A stretch of 64,000 nt of DNA, taken from Chiloscyllium plagiosum (Eukaryota). Positions within the stretch are counted from its first letter, which is position 1; every line of letters begins with the position of its first letter. A program made the position numbers and the translations under genes. Positions 1 to 13,796 of this stretch are shown piece by piece. The notes below the pieces were generated by a model. The model saw only the letters and a program-made list of their open reading frames with translations. It had not been told where the DNA came from and did not search any database. The DNA lies in contig NC_057719.1 of assembly GCF_004010195.1 (NCBI RefSeq), forward strand, positions 91,867,077-91,931,076. The letters are read 5' to 3'.

Positions 1-194
1 TCCCTTCAGAACACCATTGGTCACCGTGCTCCAAGCTGAAAACTATCCATTTAATCTCACCCTGTCTTCTATGGGTCAGCCAATTTATTATCTAACCAGG
101 CGGGTTTCCCTATATCCCATGCCTCATTACTTTCTAAATGAGCCTACCATGGGGAACCATATCAAATACCTTGCTAAAGTCCTTATACACCAAG

Positions 195-392
195 TCCTTA
201 TGCCCCTCCCCCAAGTCCCTCCTCCCTATCTTTTATCTTAGCCTGCTGGACAAACTTTCCTCATTCCTGAAGAAGAGCTAATGCCCGAAACGTCGATTCT
301 CCTGTTCCCTAGATGCTGCCTGACCTGCTGCGCTTCTCCAGCAACACATTTCCATCTCTGATCTCCAGCATCTGCAGACCTCATTTTCTCTT
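195..392 (+). mobile_element. Penelope-like element terminal (pLTR) fragment
   Basis: CCTGAAGAAG...GCCCGAAACGTCGATTCTCCTG...ATGCTGCCTGACCTGCTG...CTCCAGCATCTGCAG, the same sequence that caps the Penelope ORF remnant at about 11.9-13.0 kb. Confidence 0.75.
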
Positions 393-689
393 CATTACAA
401 GGGATAAGTCAGGAGAAAGTGTTTCCTCTGGTGGCAGACTTAGCAAACACAGGACACAGTTTGAAACCGATTGGCAAAAGAGCCAGAGGGAAGATGAGAA
501 TATTTTTGACATTAAATTTTTGTGATCCGGAATGTGCTGCTAAAAGAGATTCAAAAATAATTTTCAAGGTTCAAATGAAAGGAAAATAAAACTACATAAT
601 TGCATGGAAAGAGCAAAGTTAGACTAATTTGTTAGTTCTTTAGAGTAGCTGGAACAGGCATAGTGGACTGACTAGACTCCTTCAGTTTG

Positions 690-3600
690 TCAATTCTTTA
701 TCCACTTGCATGACCCAGAGAGAAGCATTGACTCAGCCTTGGAATCCATATCAACTTGGATTGATGATTGGCTTACGCACAGAAGACCAAGAGTCAGGAT
801 TAATGGGTCTTTTTCAGGTTGGAAAGTCATAACTAGTGGATCAATCCTTGGGCTGCAAGCATTTTTCATCTGTATTAATGAACTTGGATAAGGAGCAGAG
901 TATAATGTATTCACATTTACTGATGATACAAATATAGATAGGAAGGCATGTTGTGATGAAGACATAAGGAATTAGGCAATTTTAATTTTCCAAACATTGA
1001 TGGAAGTACCATAGTGTTGAAGGTTTGAATGGTGAGGAATTTGTTAAATGTGTTCAAGAAAGTTTTTATCAATATGTAAATGTTCCTACCAGAGGAGGAG
1101 CAAAAGTTGACCTTCTCTTGGGAAATGAAGCAGGCAAGTGACGGAACTGTTAGCAGGGGAACACTCTGGGACTAGTGATCATAATTCTATTATTAGGATG
1201 AGCCTTCCATTAAAGTTCAAGCTCTTAATTGAAGTAAGACAAATTTTAATGGTATGTGACAAGACCTTTAAAAGAATTGTTTGGAGTAGACTGTTTGCGG
1301 GTAAACGAATGACTGAAAGATGGGAGGCTTTGAGAAGTGTGAATGAGGTATTATGTTCCTGTTAGAATGAAAGGTAAAACTGGTAAGATTAGGGAACAAT
1401 GAATGAATGAAGATATTGATCTTCTAGTCAAGAATAAAAAAAATCTAGACAACTGAAATTGAATGAATCTCTTGAAGAGTATAAAGTGTGTAGGGGCATT
1501 CTTACATGGGAAGTTAAAAGGCAAAGAGGGGATAGGAGATTACTTTGGCAGACCTTAAGGATAATCCAAAGAGATTCTGCAAGTACATTAAGAGTAAGAG
1601 CAACTAAAGAGAGAGAGTAGGACCCCCTCGAACATTAATGAGGTCATATTTGTATTGAATCTCAGAACAGAGAGATATTAAATGAATATTTTGTGCCAGT
1701 TTGAGTTCATGTTGCGGTCGTACAGGACATTGATTAGGCCACTTTTTAAATATTGTGTGCAGTTCTGGTCTCCTTCTACAGGAAGGATGTTGTGAAATTT
1801 GAAAGGCTTCAGAAAAGGTTTACAAGAATGTTGCCAGGGTTGGAGGGTTTGAGCTATAGGGAGAGACTGAATAGTCAGGGGCTGTTTTCCCTGGAGCATT
1901 GGAGGCTGAGGGGTGACCTTATAGAGGTTTATAAAATCATGAGGGACATGGTTAGCATAAATAGACAAAGTCTTTTCCCTGGGGTGGGAGAGTCCAGAAC
2001 TAAAGGGTTTAGGGCGAGAGAAATTTAAAAGGGACCTAAACAGGCAACTTTTTCATGTAGAGGGTGGTATGTGTATGGAATAAGCTACTGGAGGAAGTGG
2101 TGGACGCTGGTACAATTACAATATTTAAAAGGCATCTGGATGGGCATATGAATAGGAAGAGTTTATTGGGACATGGGCCAAGTGCTGGCAAATGGGACTA
2201 GATTAATTTAGGATATCTGATCGGCATGGACGAGTTGGACTGAAGGGTCTGTTTCTGTGCTGTACATTCCTAGACCCTAAATGAAGGCTAGAGAACTCAG
2301 GGAAATAAATACTGATGTTTTTAAAACAGTTCACATTACAGAAGAGGAAGTGTTAGAGGTCTTAGAAAACATAAGGTGGATAAATCTCCAGGACCCGATC
2401 CATGATGTTGTGGGAAGTTAAGGAGGAAATTGCAGGGCCCCTAGCAGAAATATTTGTACCATCTATGACCACAGGTGAGGTGCTGAATGAATGGCTAATG
2501 TGTGTTTATTTAAGGGAGTCCGTAAGGAGAAGCCTTATCCATCACCAATGTTAGATGATCTATAAGTTGTTAGAGGTGATTCTGAAAGATAGGATTTACA
2601 TGCATTTGTGATTAGGCAGGGAGTCTTTAGGGATCATCAGCATAGTTTTGTGCGAGGGAAATAATGTATCAAAGTTGATTGAGTTTTTGAGGAAGTAGTC
2701 AAAAAGGTTGTGGAGAGCAGAGCAGAACAATAGATGCTGTTTACTTGGACTTTACTAAAGCATTCGATAAGGTTCCACACAGTAGACTAATTAGTAAAAT
2801 TAGATCACATAGGATTCAAAGTGAGCTTGTCAATCAGATACAAAATTGGCTCGACAATAGGTGGTGGTGGAGGGTTATCGTACTGGAGGTTTGTGACCAG
2901 TAATGTTCCATAGGGATCGGTACTGGCTCTGCTTTTGTTTGCCATTTATATAAATGATTTGATTTGAGCTTTTCGTAGGCATGGTTAGTAAATTTGCAGA
3001 TGACACCAAAATTGGTGGACAGTGAAGGTGATGACCAATTGGGTTAGTGGGCTGAGGAATGGCAGATGGAGTTTAATTTGGATAAATGTAAGGTGTTGCA
3101 TTTTGGTAAAACATTAATGGTAGGGTTTTAAGTAGTGTTGTCGAATGCAGAGATATAGGAGTCCAAGTATATAATTCTTCAGTTTTGCATCACAGGTCGA
3201 CAGGTAGACAGGGTAGTTAAGAAGGCGTTTAGCACACTTGCCTTCATTGCACAGACCTTTTGAGTGTAGGAGTTGAGATGTCATATTGAGGTTGTACAGG
3301 ACAAGTTATAAAAATAGGCTGGAACTTTTTTTCACTGCAACATAGGAGATTGAAGGATGACCTTATGGAGGTCTTGTAAAACCACGAGGGACATAGATAA
3401 GGTGAATAACAAAGGTCTTTTCCCAAAGTTGGGTGAGTTCAAAACTAAGGACATATATTTTTAAAGTGAGAGGAGAAAGATTTAAAAAGGGGACATGAGG
3501 AACAATTTTACTTCTTACAGAGAGTGGTTCATGTATGAAATGAACTGCCAGAGATAGTGCTGGATGCAGGTACACAATGTTTACAAGACATTTGGATAAG

Positions 3601-4050
3601 TACTTGGAGAGGAAAGGTTTGGAGGGATATAGGCCAAACACAGGCAAGTGGGACTATATACTTTGGGAAGATGATCAGCATGGCCAAGTTGGACTGAAGG
3701 ATCTGTTTCCCTGCTGTACGACTGAATCTGTAAAGGGATATAGACAGGTTGAGTGAGTGGGCTAAAACATGGCAGATGGCGTTGAATGTAGGAAAGTGAG
3801 AGGTCATGTACCTCAGCTGGGAAGTATCAAAAGATAGACTATTATTTAAATGAAGAGACACACCAAAACAAAAAGTACAATGCAGAAGGATCAGGGCATT
3901 CTTGTGCCTGAAACAAATAAATGCATCAAGGAATTCAGAAGCCAAATGGACTTTGACCTTTATTGCTAGGGGGTTAGAGTTTTAAAAACATGGAAGACAT
4001 GTCACAACTGTATAGTGTGTTGGTGAGGGTACACCTAGAGTATATAGGAA
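690..4050 (+). mobile_element. Mosaic of decayed CR1/HER1-type LINE fragments
   Basis: Frameshifted RT motifs (DFxKAFDKV ~2750, KFADDTK ~2990) and C-terminal CVQFWSP..ERxQKRFTRMLPGL..RLRGDLIEVYKIM (1700-2000), with nested 3' ends. Confidence 0.8.
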
Positions 4051-4319
4051 TGGAGTAGGCCATTCAGCGCCTCAACTCTGTTCCTCCATTCAATGAGATC
4101 ATGACTGACCATCATTTACCTCCCTACCATTGGCCCACATTCCTTAATACATTTACTTAACACAAATCTATCACAGATTTAAAATTAACAACTAATCCTG
4201 CAGCCACTGCCATTTGTGGAAGAGAGTTCCAAACCTTTACCACCCTTTGTATGTTGAAGTGCTTCCTAACATCTCTCCTGAATGATCTGGGCCCTAATTC
4301 TCAGACTGTGTTCACTAGT

Positions 4320-5125
4320 CATAGAGGTGTACAACATAGAAACAAGCCCTTTGGTCCAGATTGTCCATGCTGAACACATTCCTAAATATATCTAGTCCCA
4401 TTTATCAGCACTTGGTCCATATCCTTCTAAAGCTTTCCTATTCATATACCCACCCAGATGATTTTTAAATGCTATAATTGTACCAGCCTCCACCACTTCC
4501 TCTGGCAGCTCATTCCATACATGCACCACCCTCTGTGTGAAAAACATTACCCTCAAGTCCTTTTTATATCTTCCTCCCCCCCACCCAAAACCTATGCCCT
4601 CCAGTTCTGAACTCCCACACGCCAGGGAAAAGACTTTGGCTATTTACCCTATCCATGTCCCTCATGATTTTATAAACCTTTATAAAGGTCACCCCTCAGC
4701 CTCCAACACTACAGGGAAAACAGCACCCCCCGCCCCTCCCCCACTCAGCCTCTTCCTATTGCTCAGATCCTCCATCGCTGGCAACATTCTTGTAAATCTT
4801 TTCTGAACCCTTTCAAGTTTCACAATGTCCTTTTGATAGGAAAGCGACCAGAATTGCACGCAATATACCAAACGTGGCCTGACCAAAGTACTGTACAGCC
4901 TCAACATGACCTCCCAACTCCTATACTCAATGCACTGACCAATAAATGCAAGCATACCAAGCGCCTTCTTCACTTTCCTAATTACCTATGACTCTACTTT
5001 CAAGGAGCTGTGAACCTGCACGCCAAGGTCTCTTTGTTCAGCAACACTTACCATTAAGTCCTGCCCTGATTTTCCTTTCCAAAGTGAAGCACCTCACATC
5101 TATCTAAATTAAACTCCATCTACAA
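4320..5125 (-). mobile_element. CR1/HER1 LINE 3' fragment
   Basis: ORF 4689..4973 reads LYSTLVRPRLVYCVQFWS..LERVQKRFTRMLP, followed by the characteristic 3' UTR. Confidence 0.85.
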
Positions 5126-6514
5126 TTCTAGAATGAACTTTGCCCCCAAAACATATCAATTTCAGTCTTGAATTATTCTCAAATGATTGAGCATTCACAA
5201 CCCACTAGGGTAGAAACTTCAAAAGACTCACAGCCCTGCCACTGAAGAAATTTCTTCTCATCTCAATCTAACTGGTTGACTCCTTACTTCCTTAACTGTG
5301 CAGAACGTGGAATTCGCTATCACAGGGAGAACACGAAATACAGACACATTTCAGGGAAAGCTGGATCAACATATCAGAACGTGGGAGCAGGGTATAGACC
5401 ATTCAATCCCTCAGGCCAGCCCCACCATTCAATAAGATAATGGATGATCTGCCTTGGGCCTCACCTCCTCTATCATGCCAGCTCATAGCCATCAAAAAAT
5501 CCATGTACTTTTAAACTGTTTCATTGATATAGCCTCCACAACTCTCTGGAGGTAGAGATTTCCAAACATTCACTACCCTCAGAAGAAATGCTTTTCCATC
5601 TCAGTTTTAAATGAATGTAATATGTTCCCTAGTTTGAGATTCGCCCACTACTGGAAACATCTTCTCAACATCTACCCTTGTCAAGCAACTTAAGTAGTTG
5701 TGCAGAAAGGTGGAGTTGAGATGGGAGATCAGTAATGTTCTTAATAGATGCTACAACAGTCTGGAGGGCCAAATGATCTACTCCTGCTCCCATTTCATAT
5801 TGACTTTGTGAAGCTATATGATTATTTTCAGAGTAGTGGATTATTATAACCCAAAGAGAGAAATCTTGAATCTATCAAAATACACCATCTCTGTTGGTGG
5901 GAACACACAGTTTTATTGAAAGACTGGAGGATGTGGGATATGGAACTTTTTGAACATTCTGATTTTAAAAAAGGGTTTTTAAACCTTGTGATTTACTTAC
6001 TGTTTGGAGATAGACTTTGCGGATAGATAGCAAGACGAAGATTTTGAAACAGACAAGGATTTTTTTTTTCTATTAATTGTTAAACAGATTGGTGAAAGAG
6101 GCTCATTATTAAAGGTTTCCTAGCAACAACCTCTGGACTACAGTTGCTGTGATTTCCAGTCCACACCAATAGGTGTCAGGAGAAGAGAAAGATCTCCAAG
6201 AAGCTAACAGCAGGGCCAGCTGCAAGTTCCATCTCTATACATTACCTTCAGGGAACCGGAGAAAAGTTCCAGAGATCAGAAACATCTGAACTGTTACTTC
6301 CGTTCTAAGACTTCAATCAAACTCACTTTCATTTAAACTGAAGTTTGTTTTAAAGATGCCCACCCCCCTCAAAAAACACACACCATACACACACACATTG
6401 TTTCGACAACTCATTGTCAGCATCGTGATCTCAATGACTGAAAGTCAATTGTACTGGGAGTTCACACCTTTTTAAACCTCAGATTATCTTGGCAAGAGTT
6501 GACTGCCATGTAAA

Positions 6515-7990
6515 TAAAGAACAAAAGGAAATTTACAGCCCAGGAATAGGCCCTTTGGCCCACCAACCCTGAGCTGATCCGAATTCACTGTCTAAACCTA
6601 TCGCCAACTCCTAAGCATCTGTATCCCTCTGCTCCCCACCTACTCGTGCATCCGTCCTGACACCCCTTAAATGAATCTACCGTGCCTGCCTCTACTATCT
6701 CTGCTGGCAACGCGTTCCAGACACTTACCACCCTCTGTGTAAAGTACTTGCTGCGTGTATCCCCCTTAAACCTTTCACCTCTTGCTTTGAAAGCATGACC
6801 TCTCGGTATTGAATCCTCCACCTTGGGAAAAAGCTTATGTCTATCTACCCTGTATCAGGTCCCCCTTCAATCTCCCTTTTTCTAATGAAAACAATCCTAA
6901 CCTACTCAACCTCTCTTTACAGCTAGCACCTTCCATACCAAGCAACATCCTCGTAACCTTCTCTGCACCCTCTCCAAAGCGTCCACATCCTTTTGGTAAT
7001 GTGGCGACCAAACCTGTACACGGTATTCTAAATGTGGCCGAACCAATGTCTTGTACAATTGTAACATGACCTGCCAGCTCCTATACTCAATACCCCGTCC
7101 AATGGAGGCAAGCATACCATATGCATTCTTGACCACTCTATCCACCCGTGCAGCAACCTTCAGGGTACAATGGACCCGAACTCCCAGATCTCTCTGCTCA
7201 TCAACTTTTCCCAAGACTCCTCCGTTTAATGTACAATTTTCTCTAGAATTAGACTTCCCAAAATGCATCCCCTCACATTTGCCTGGATTAAACTCCATCT
7301 GCTACTTCTCCGCCCAACTCTCCAGACTATCTATATTTTCCTGTATTCTTTGACAGTCCCCAATGCTTTCTGCTGTGTCATCTGCAAACTTGCTGATCAT
7401 ACCAACAGTGCTCTCTCTCAGATCATTTATGTACATCACAAACAGTTGCCCCAGCACTGAATCCCTGTGGAACACCACTGATCACTTTTCTCCATTTCGA
7501 GAAACTCCCTTCAACTATTACTGTCTCCTGTTGCTCAACCAGTTCTTTATCCACCTAGCTAGAACACCCTGCACACACTTAGATTACTTACAGTGTGGAA
7601 ATAGGCCCTTCGGCCCAACAAGTCCACACCGACCCGCCAAAGCGCAACCCACCCAGACCTATTCCCCTATATTTACCCCTTCACCTAACACTACGGGCAA
7701 TTTAGCATGGCCAATTCATCTAACCTGCACATTTTTGGACTGTGGAAGGACACCGGAGCACCCAGAGGAAACCCACGCAGACACGGGGAGAATGTGCAAA
7801 CTCCACACAGTTGCCTGAGGCGGGAATTAAACCCGGGTCTTTGGCGCGGTGAGGCAGCATGCTAGCCACTGTGCCGCCCACACCATGTGACTTCACTTTC
7901 TCCATTAGTTTACCATGGGGAACCTTATCAAACGCCTTACTAAAGTCCATCTACAGCTCTTCCTTCATCTATCAATTTGGTCACTTCCTC
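6515..7990 (-). mobile_element. CR1/HER1 LINE (RT domain to 3' end), interrupted by an HE1 SINE
   Basis: ORFs 7720..7950 (MDFSKAFDKVPHG), 6906..7298 (LYKTLVRPHLEY..ERVQRR) and 6585..6821 (RGH..FTQRVVSVWNALP). Confidence 0.9.
7579..7879 (-). mobile_element. HE1-type tRNA-derived V-SINE
   Basis: Reverse complement of GGGCGGCACAGTGG...GTGTGGAGTTTGCACATTCTCCCCGTGTCTGCGTGGGTTTCC...CTGTAAGTAATCTAA. Confidence 0.88.
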
Positions 7991-8107
7991 ACATGCATGC
8001 ATGTTTGGGATGTACAGAACAAAGTTTAAATTCTGAACAGTAACTTAGCTGATAATCAGTTTTTCAACTTGTTTAAAGTGTAAGCTTTATTTATAATAAA
8101 TAAGCTA

Positions 8108-8671
8108 CCGTATATACTTGTTATAGGTTGACCTCATGTACAAGTCGACCCCTTACTTTCAGTCAAAAAGTCTGATACTTTTCATATACCCCCATGTATA
8201 AGTCGACCCTTGTTTCTCAAGGCTGTCTTATATTATTAACAGTTTCATGTGGTCTTCTTTTAATAAAACACTATCAGTCTTTTTTTTTGTTTTTACTGCT
8301 CCTCTATTTCTATTACATGAATTGGGTGTTGTATAAATACCCCTGGTAGATGGCCTGACCACCTGCTGGTATGCCTATTAACATATCTACACACACTTTA
8401 CGGTACTGGTAACTGGAAAACTGTGATAGTGCCGTTCTATCATAGCAGGCAGAATGGAAACAGTTATTTTGTAGTTAAATATTCAATAATGGCCATAATT
8501 CTTTTTCCTTTCATTGTTTATGTAGAGATCTGGCTCTCGTTTGTCCATTTTTTGACTCATGCCAAGCATGAATTTCATACCCTCGAAAACAATACCTCAT
8601 GTATAAGTCGACCCCTTAATTTCAGCTTAAAAATGGCCTTCAAAACTCGACCTATACAGGAGTATATATGG
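8108..8671. mobile_element. Non-autonomous Tc1/mariner-superfamily (Tc2/pogo-like) MITE
   Basis: TA|CCGTATATACTTG...AGTATATATGG|TA: imperfect terminal inverted repeats with a TA target duplication (8106-8107, 8672-8673), plus internal repeats of CATGTATAAGTCGACCC. Confidence 0.8.
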
Positions 8672-10399
8672 TAGTTTTGAATTTATTGAAGAAATGTAGT
8701 GAAAGATTCTATTGTTCTGAGTAACAGAATGAAAGATTAATCAAATGGGCTATTTTGGTGATTAAATGAAACATTTACACTTTTGGTTAAACTTTGGAGT
8801 AATGGTGTGTGATTACCAGGGACTCTTCCAATCAGTGTCGGAACACCATTGATGTTAATTTATCATTTCCATGCCCACTTTGCTCTTAAATCAATACCTG
8901 CCTGTGTCTTATCACAGTATTCACTACTTCCCCCTTTCCTCATCAACTTGGTACCATCTGCCTATTTTGAAACTTTATTTCCAATTCCCAAAGTGTTTCT
9001 ATAAAAGAAGAACAGCGATGTGTGAGATTCATTTCACACCTTCTCTCTGTCTGAGTAAGTATCCTTAAGCCCCAGTCACAGTTTTCTGTTTGTAATCAGT
9101 TTCCTATCCATTCCGATACTTCTCCATCTATTCCATCCCTCTGACCTTAGAGATAAGACTAATATGCAATCTTATTGACGATCTTTTGAAAGGCAGCATT
9201 ACCATGTTTCAAAGCCACCTCCCAACCTGGCCAGTTTTGATAATTATGATGGCAGCGCTCTGGGAATAAGGCACCTCTCCCTTCACTCAGCATCACCCAA
9301 ATGGGTTTTGATGCTCGCTGAACGGATAGTGATCAGGTCACTGCCTCACTACGTGATACAAAATACCTGCAATATTAATAAAAGTAAATGCACCAACTTT
9401 TGGAAGTAGATTTGAAGGGTTTCAAACTATCACTTAAGACCAATCCAGAACCTGGAGACAGGATCCAAGGTGGGGTTTGCAATCCAGCAAGGGTGGTGAC
9501 AATCTGTCCACTGAAGTGTGTGCTCTCCAGCTTATTAAAAAATAAATAATTATTCCAGAGTGAACTGCCTCTATTTTATCAGAATGTGTGTGTTCTGAGT
9601 CTCCAGGTTTGAAAGGAATCAACAAATGTCTTAAATATTACATTCTGTATTCTAACTCTGGTCTTACGTAGACAGTCACCTGCCATTTCTAAACACAGCA
9701 ATTTAGATATTTACTAGCTATTTGTCTCATGGTCAACCTCCTGCAATCTCCTTTGACATCAACAGTGCCCTATTCCTTTCAGTTGCTTGTTTAATCTGAC
9801 CTATTCAGTTGAAAACTGAACATATTTTAATGTTGCTATTTGTTCCGGCTTGCCAGAATCACGTATTACAATCCTCTTTGGCAGCTGTGCAGCGCTCTGT
9901 TGCTCACACACCTCACAGAAACTGCCAGTCAGCATTTAAACAAAACTAAATTCTTCACTTAGCAACCCTGATGTAACTAGAGTTCTACATCCATTGGATC
10001 ACTATTCTTCTTAAGGTCAGCCAGGATCTCTCAGCATTTTAGGGGTCCCCAGATCCTCAGTGTTCTGAACTAAACACTGCAGGTTGGGTCTGTATCCATT
10101 GGAGTTAGAATGAGAGGTGGTCTTATTGTTATGTACAGGAACCTGAGGGGTTTTGACAGAGTGCATGCTGAAAGGTCACTTTCCCTTGTGGGAGAGACTA
10201 AAACACTAGGGGTCACTATCTTAGCTGGACATGTTGTACAAAGAAGCTAATTAGAAAGTAAAGAGGGGAAAACAGAATTATCTGAGCACATGGTCTAAAG
10301 TTAACCATCATCTGGCCTCGATACATTAACACTATTCTCCCTTCACAGAAGCTAGCAGACCTGCTGAGTTTCTCCATCCATTTCTGCTTGTTCCCTTAC

Positions 10400-10439
10400 C
10401 TCCAATGTTTTCCAGTCCTTTCACCACTGTCTCACGAAC
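10400..10439 (-). CDS. PTGR2: PTGR2 coding exon 8 (VRETVVKGLENIG-)
   Basis: 40-nt exon, ttctcctgcag|GTT CGT GAG ACA GTG GTG AAA GGA CTG GAA AAC ATT GGA G|gtaagg. Matches IKETVINGLENMG. Not in the ORF track because it is too short. Confidence 0.92.
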
Positions 10440-10680
10440 CTGCAGGAGAAATATTTGAGAGAGTTGTCAACAGGTCTTGTATATTCCTACTGTGGGCCCT
10501 ATTATTCACACATTACTGCGTCAAGTGTTAGCACAACGCTGGCCTCTGGTCAGGAAAAATCGCACTCTTCAATTCAGCACAGATCTGCCTTTCCCTCTTC
10601 AGCTCTCCTGCTAGTTGCAGCACAGACAGCATCACTAACGGACACCTAAGTAACCTGGCAGTTAGCCTCCAACTCCAAAA

Positions 10681-10753
10681 CATCCATCCAGTTTCCCCAC
10701 AAAAACCATCCATCCAGTTTCCCCACAAAAACCATCCATCCAGTTTCCCCACA
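10681..10753. repeat. 26-bp tandem repeat, about 2.8 copies
   Basis: Unit CATCCATCCAGTTTCCCCACAAAAAC. Confidence 0.9.
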
Positions 10754-11916
10754 GCACCATTCAGTGACTTGGAGTTGACACTGGGGCTGGAGGCTGTTAG
10801 CAGGGGACTGGTGCCTGCAGATATTTTCTCCCTTGCTATCTACAGCTCATGCTGAAGTACCATCAACACAACCGTGCAACGAAATAAAACAGGACCAACG
10901 GGAAGAGCATTGGCATTGACAGCTCAGGGCAGTGTCTTGGTCAGCTTGGGCTGCCCTGTGAGATTATTGATTTGCAACAATTGAACTTCACAATGTCAGT
11001 TCATTAGCAAGTGCTGTTCACTCACACAGACAAAAAAAAAGGCATAATCACAATATTTGGGGTTCTTGCACAGGTAATTGAACAGTCAGTTGCTTGTTTA
11101 CGACCAGTGTAGACTTAATGGGGCAAGGGCTTTCTTCTATGCTGTAGACCTCCATGACTCTATAAAACAAGGACAACGAAGACCCACTCTCCAGAAACTG
11201 ACATGAACGTTTGGCAGCCATTACTCAACCCACCTGAGTCTAGCTGTGATGGAGAGTGCAGAGGTGGTGGTAGGAGTTGATAAAGTGAGCAATTAGAAAG
11301 GTTAAACACCTTATTTCCCCTCCTCCCATGTCCCCTGCATGTCTCCATCACTTGCAGTGCTTTCACACATGATCGACCCACCAGAGCTCCACTTGGCTGA
11401 GGTGGGGACCAATGGGGAGTAATCACTCCGTTTCTGCCAACTCACCCCGGCTTTCGACAACCAGAGAGCAGTGCAGCCATTCACCAGGTGAACTCAGGAA
11501 CACAGCCAGATCTAACCGCAGCGAGGCAATTTCCAAATCTGACACCGATGACCCCGGGACCCAATAGCAGAAGGTTACACGTCAACAGTTGTCCTTTTTA
11601 CAAATTGTGCATTGCATCCCCTTACCATAAACACAGTCTGTTGCCTTTACACAAAGTCTCTATGAATCGCAGTAACAGAATTTGCAACCAAAACAATTGC
11701 TAAGCCTCCCAATCAAAGCAGGATCATTTTTCCATCCAAATGCAGCAAGTGGAGAATGGTTAAGTGCATTTAAAACAAGACTTAGGTTTTAAATCTTGAC
11801 TTAAGTCTAACAAACGTGGAGCTTGCATATTCTCCCCGCGTCTTGCATGGATTTCCTCCGGGTGCTCTGGTTTCCTTCCAAAATGCAAAGATGTGCAGGT
11901 TGGGTGGATTAGGAGA

Positions 11917-13037
11917 CAGTGAGGACTGCAGATGCTGGAATGTCAGAATTGATAGTGTGGAGCTGGAAAAAGCGTGGAGCTGGAAAAAGCACAGCAGGTC
12001 AAACAGCATCAGAGGAGCAGGAGAGTCAACGTTTCAGGTCAGAACTTTTTCCATCAGATCTGGGGAGGAGGAAAAGGGGCTGAGAAACAAATGTGGGGTG
12101 GGGCTAGGGGGGGGAAGGTAGGTGGGATGGCAATAGGGGGATGCAGGTATGAACTGATTGTGATTGGTCAGTAGGAAGGGTAGAGCTGATAGGCAGGAAG
12201 GAAGATGGACAGATTAGGTCGGGTCAAGGGGGCAGAGAGGGAGGGCTTGACCTGGGATGCGGAGAGGAGTGGGGAGATTTGGAAGCTGGTGAATTCTATG
12301 TTGTGGCCATAAGGTTGTAAGCTCCAGAGGCAGAAGATGGAGGCGTTCCTTCTCCACTTTACCTGTGGCCTTACTTTGATGATGGAGAAGGTTTAGGATG
12401 GCCATATCATTGGAGGAGTGAGACGGGGAGTTGAAATGGCTGGCACACAGGAGGTAGGGTTGACTGGAGCGCAAGGACAATAGGTGTTCCCTGAATCAGT
12501 CCCAGAGTTTGTGTGTGGTCTCTTCGATGTAGAGGAGGCCACATCAGGAGCAACGGATGGAGTAAATCAGGTTAGCGGAAATGTAGGTGAATCTCTGCCG
12601 GACTTGGAATGATTCTTTGGGGTCCTGAAGGGAGATAAGACGGAGGCATGAGGGCAGGTGTTGCACCTCCTGTGGCTGCAGGGAACGATGCCATGTGTGG
12701 AGGAGGGGTGTGGGCCTAATGAGGGAGTCACGTAGGGAACAGTCCCTACGGAAAATGGATGAGAGTTTGGGGGGGGGGGAGGGGGGGGTGAGGGGGGGTG
12801 AAAACATATGTTTTTGGTGGTGGGGTCAGACTGCAGGTGGTGGAAATGCCAAAGGATGATGCATTGGACTTGGCGATTAGTTGGGTGGAATGAGGACCAG
12901 GGGACTCTCACCTTGTTGTGGCTGGGGTGGGGGGAGGTTTGAGGGCAGAGGTGCGGGAAATGGAGATGATATCGATGAGGGCAATGTTGATCATGGGAGA
13001 GGAGAAAATTATGGTCTTTGAAGTAGGAGGACATCTG
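11917..13037 (-). mobile_element. Penelope-like retroelement 3' portion (decayed), inserted into an HE1 SINE
   Basis: Frameshifted ORFs read HFHHLQSDPTT, FRRDCSLRDSL and FTYISANLIYSIRCS (linker and start of the GIY-YIG endonuclease), and a pLTR is present. HE1 halves flank it (~11815-11912 and ~13038-13195). Confidence 0.85.
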
Positions 13038-13209
13038 CCATGTTAAATTCCCTGTGGTGTCCAGGGATGTGCAGGCTTGGTGGATTAATCATGGGAAATG
13101 CAGGAGCTACTGGGTCTGGGTGGGCTTGTCTTTGGAGGCTCCATGCAGACTCGATGGGCCAAATGGTCTGTTTCCACACCGTTGGGATTCTATGACAAAA
13201 ACTCAGTCA

Positions 13210-13563
<354 letters not shown>

Positions 13564-13796
13564 TTAAACATGCAGACACCAAAGATACTGGAACAGAACA
13601 AGCCACTGCACTTGGGACTTTCCGACTCAAAATGGACAGCAGCAAGTAATCGGTTTTGGTCGACATGGACCAGTTTCGGCCAAAGGGCTGTCTCTGTGCT
13701 GTAGGTCTCCATGACTTCCAAAAACTGGCGTCCAAATTCAATAAGAGAAAACCTGCATTATACGTGCCAAGCATCTCTGTACAGCACCTTCCCAAC

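Noticed and set aside
9203..9366. Exon-like segment on the minus strand (ttgcag|GTATTT...ATG|GTAATG) as the PTGR2 last exon or a neighbouring gene exon
   Set aside because: It has early stops in all three frames and no similarity to the PTGR2 C-terminus. It cannot be supported without transcripts.
10681..10753. Repeat array resembling CRISPR
   Set aside because: Eukaryotic DNA with head-to-tail repeats, no unique spacers and no cas genes.
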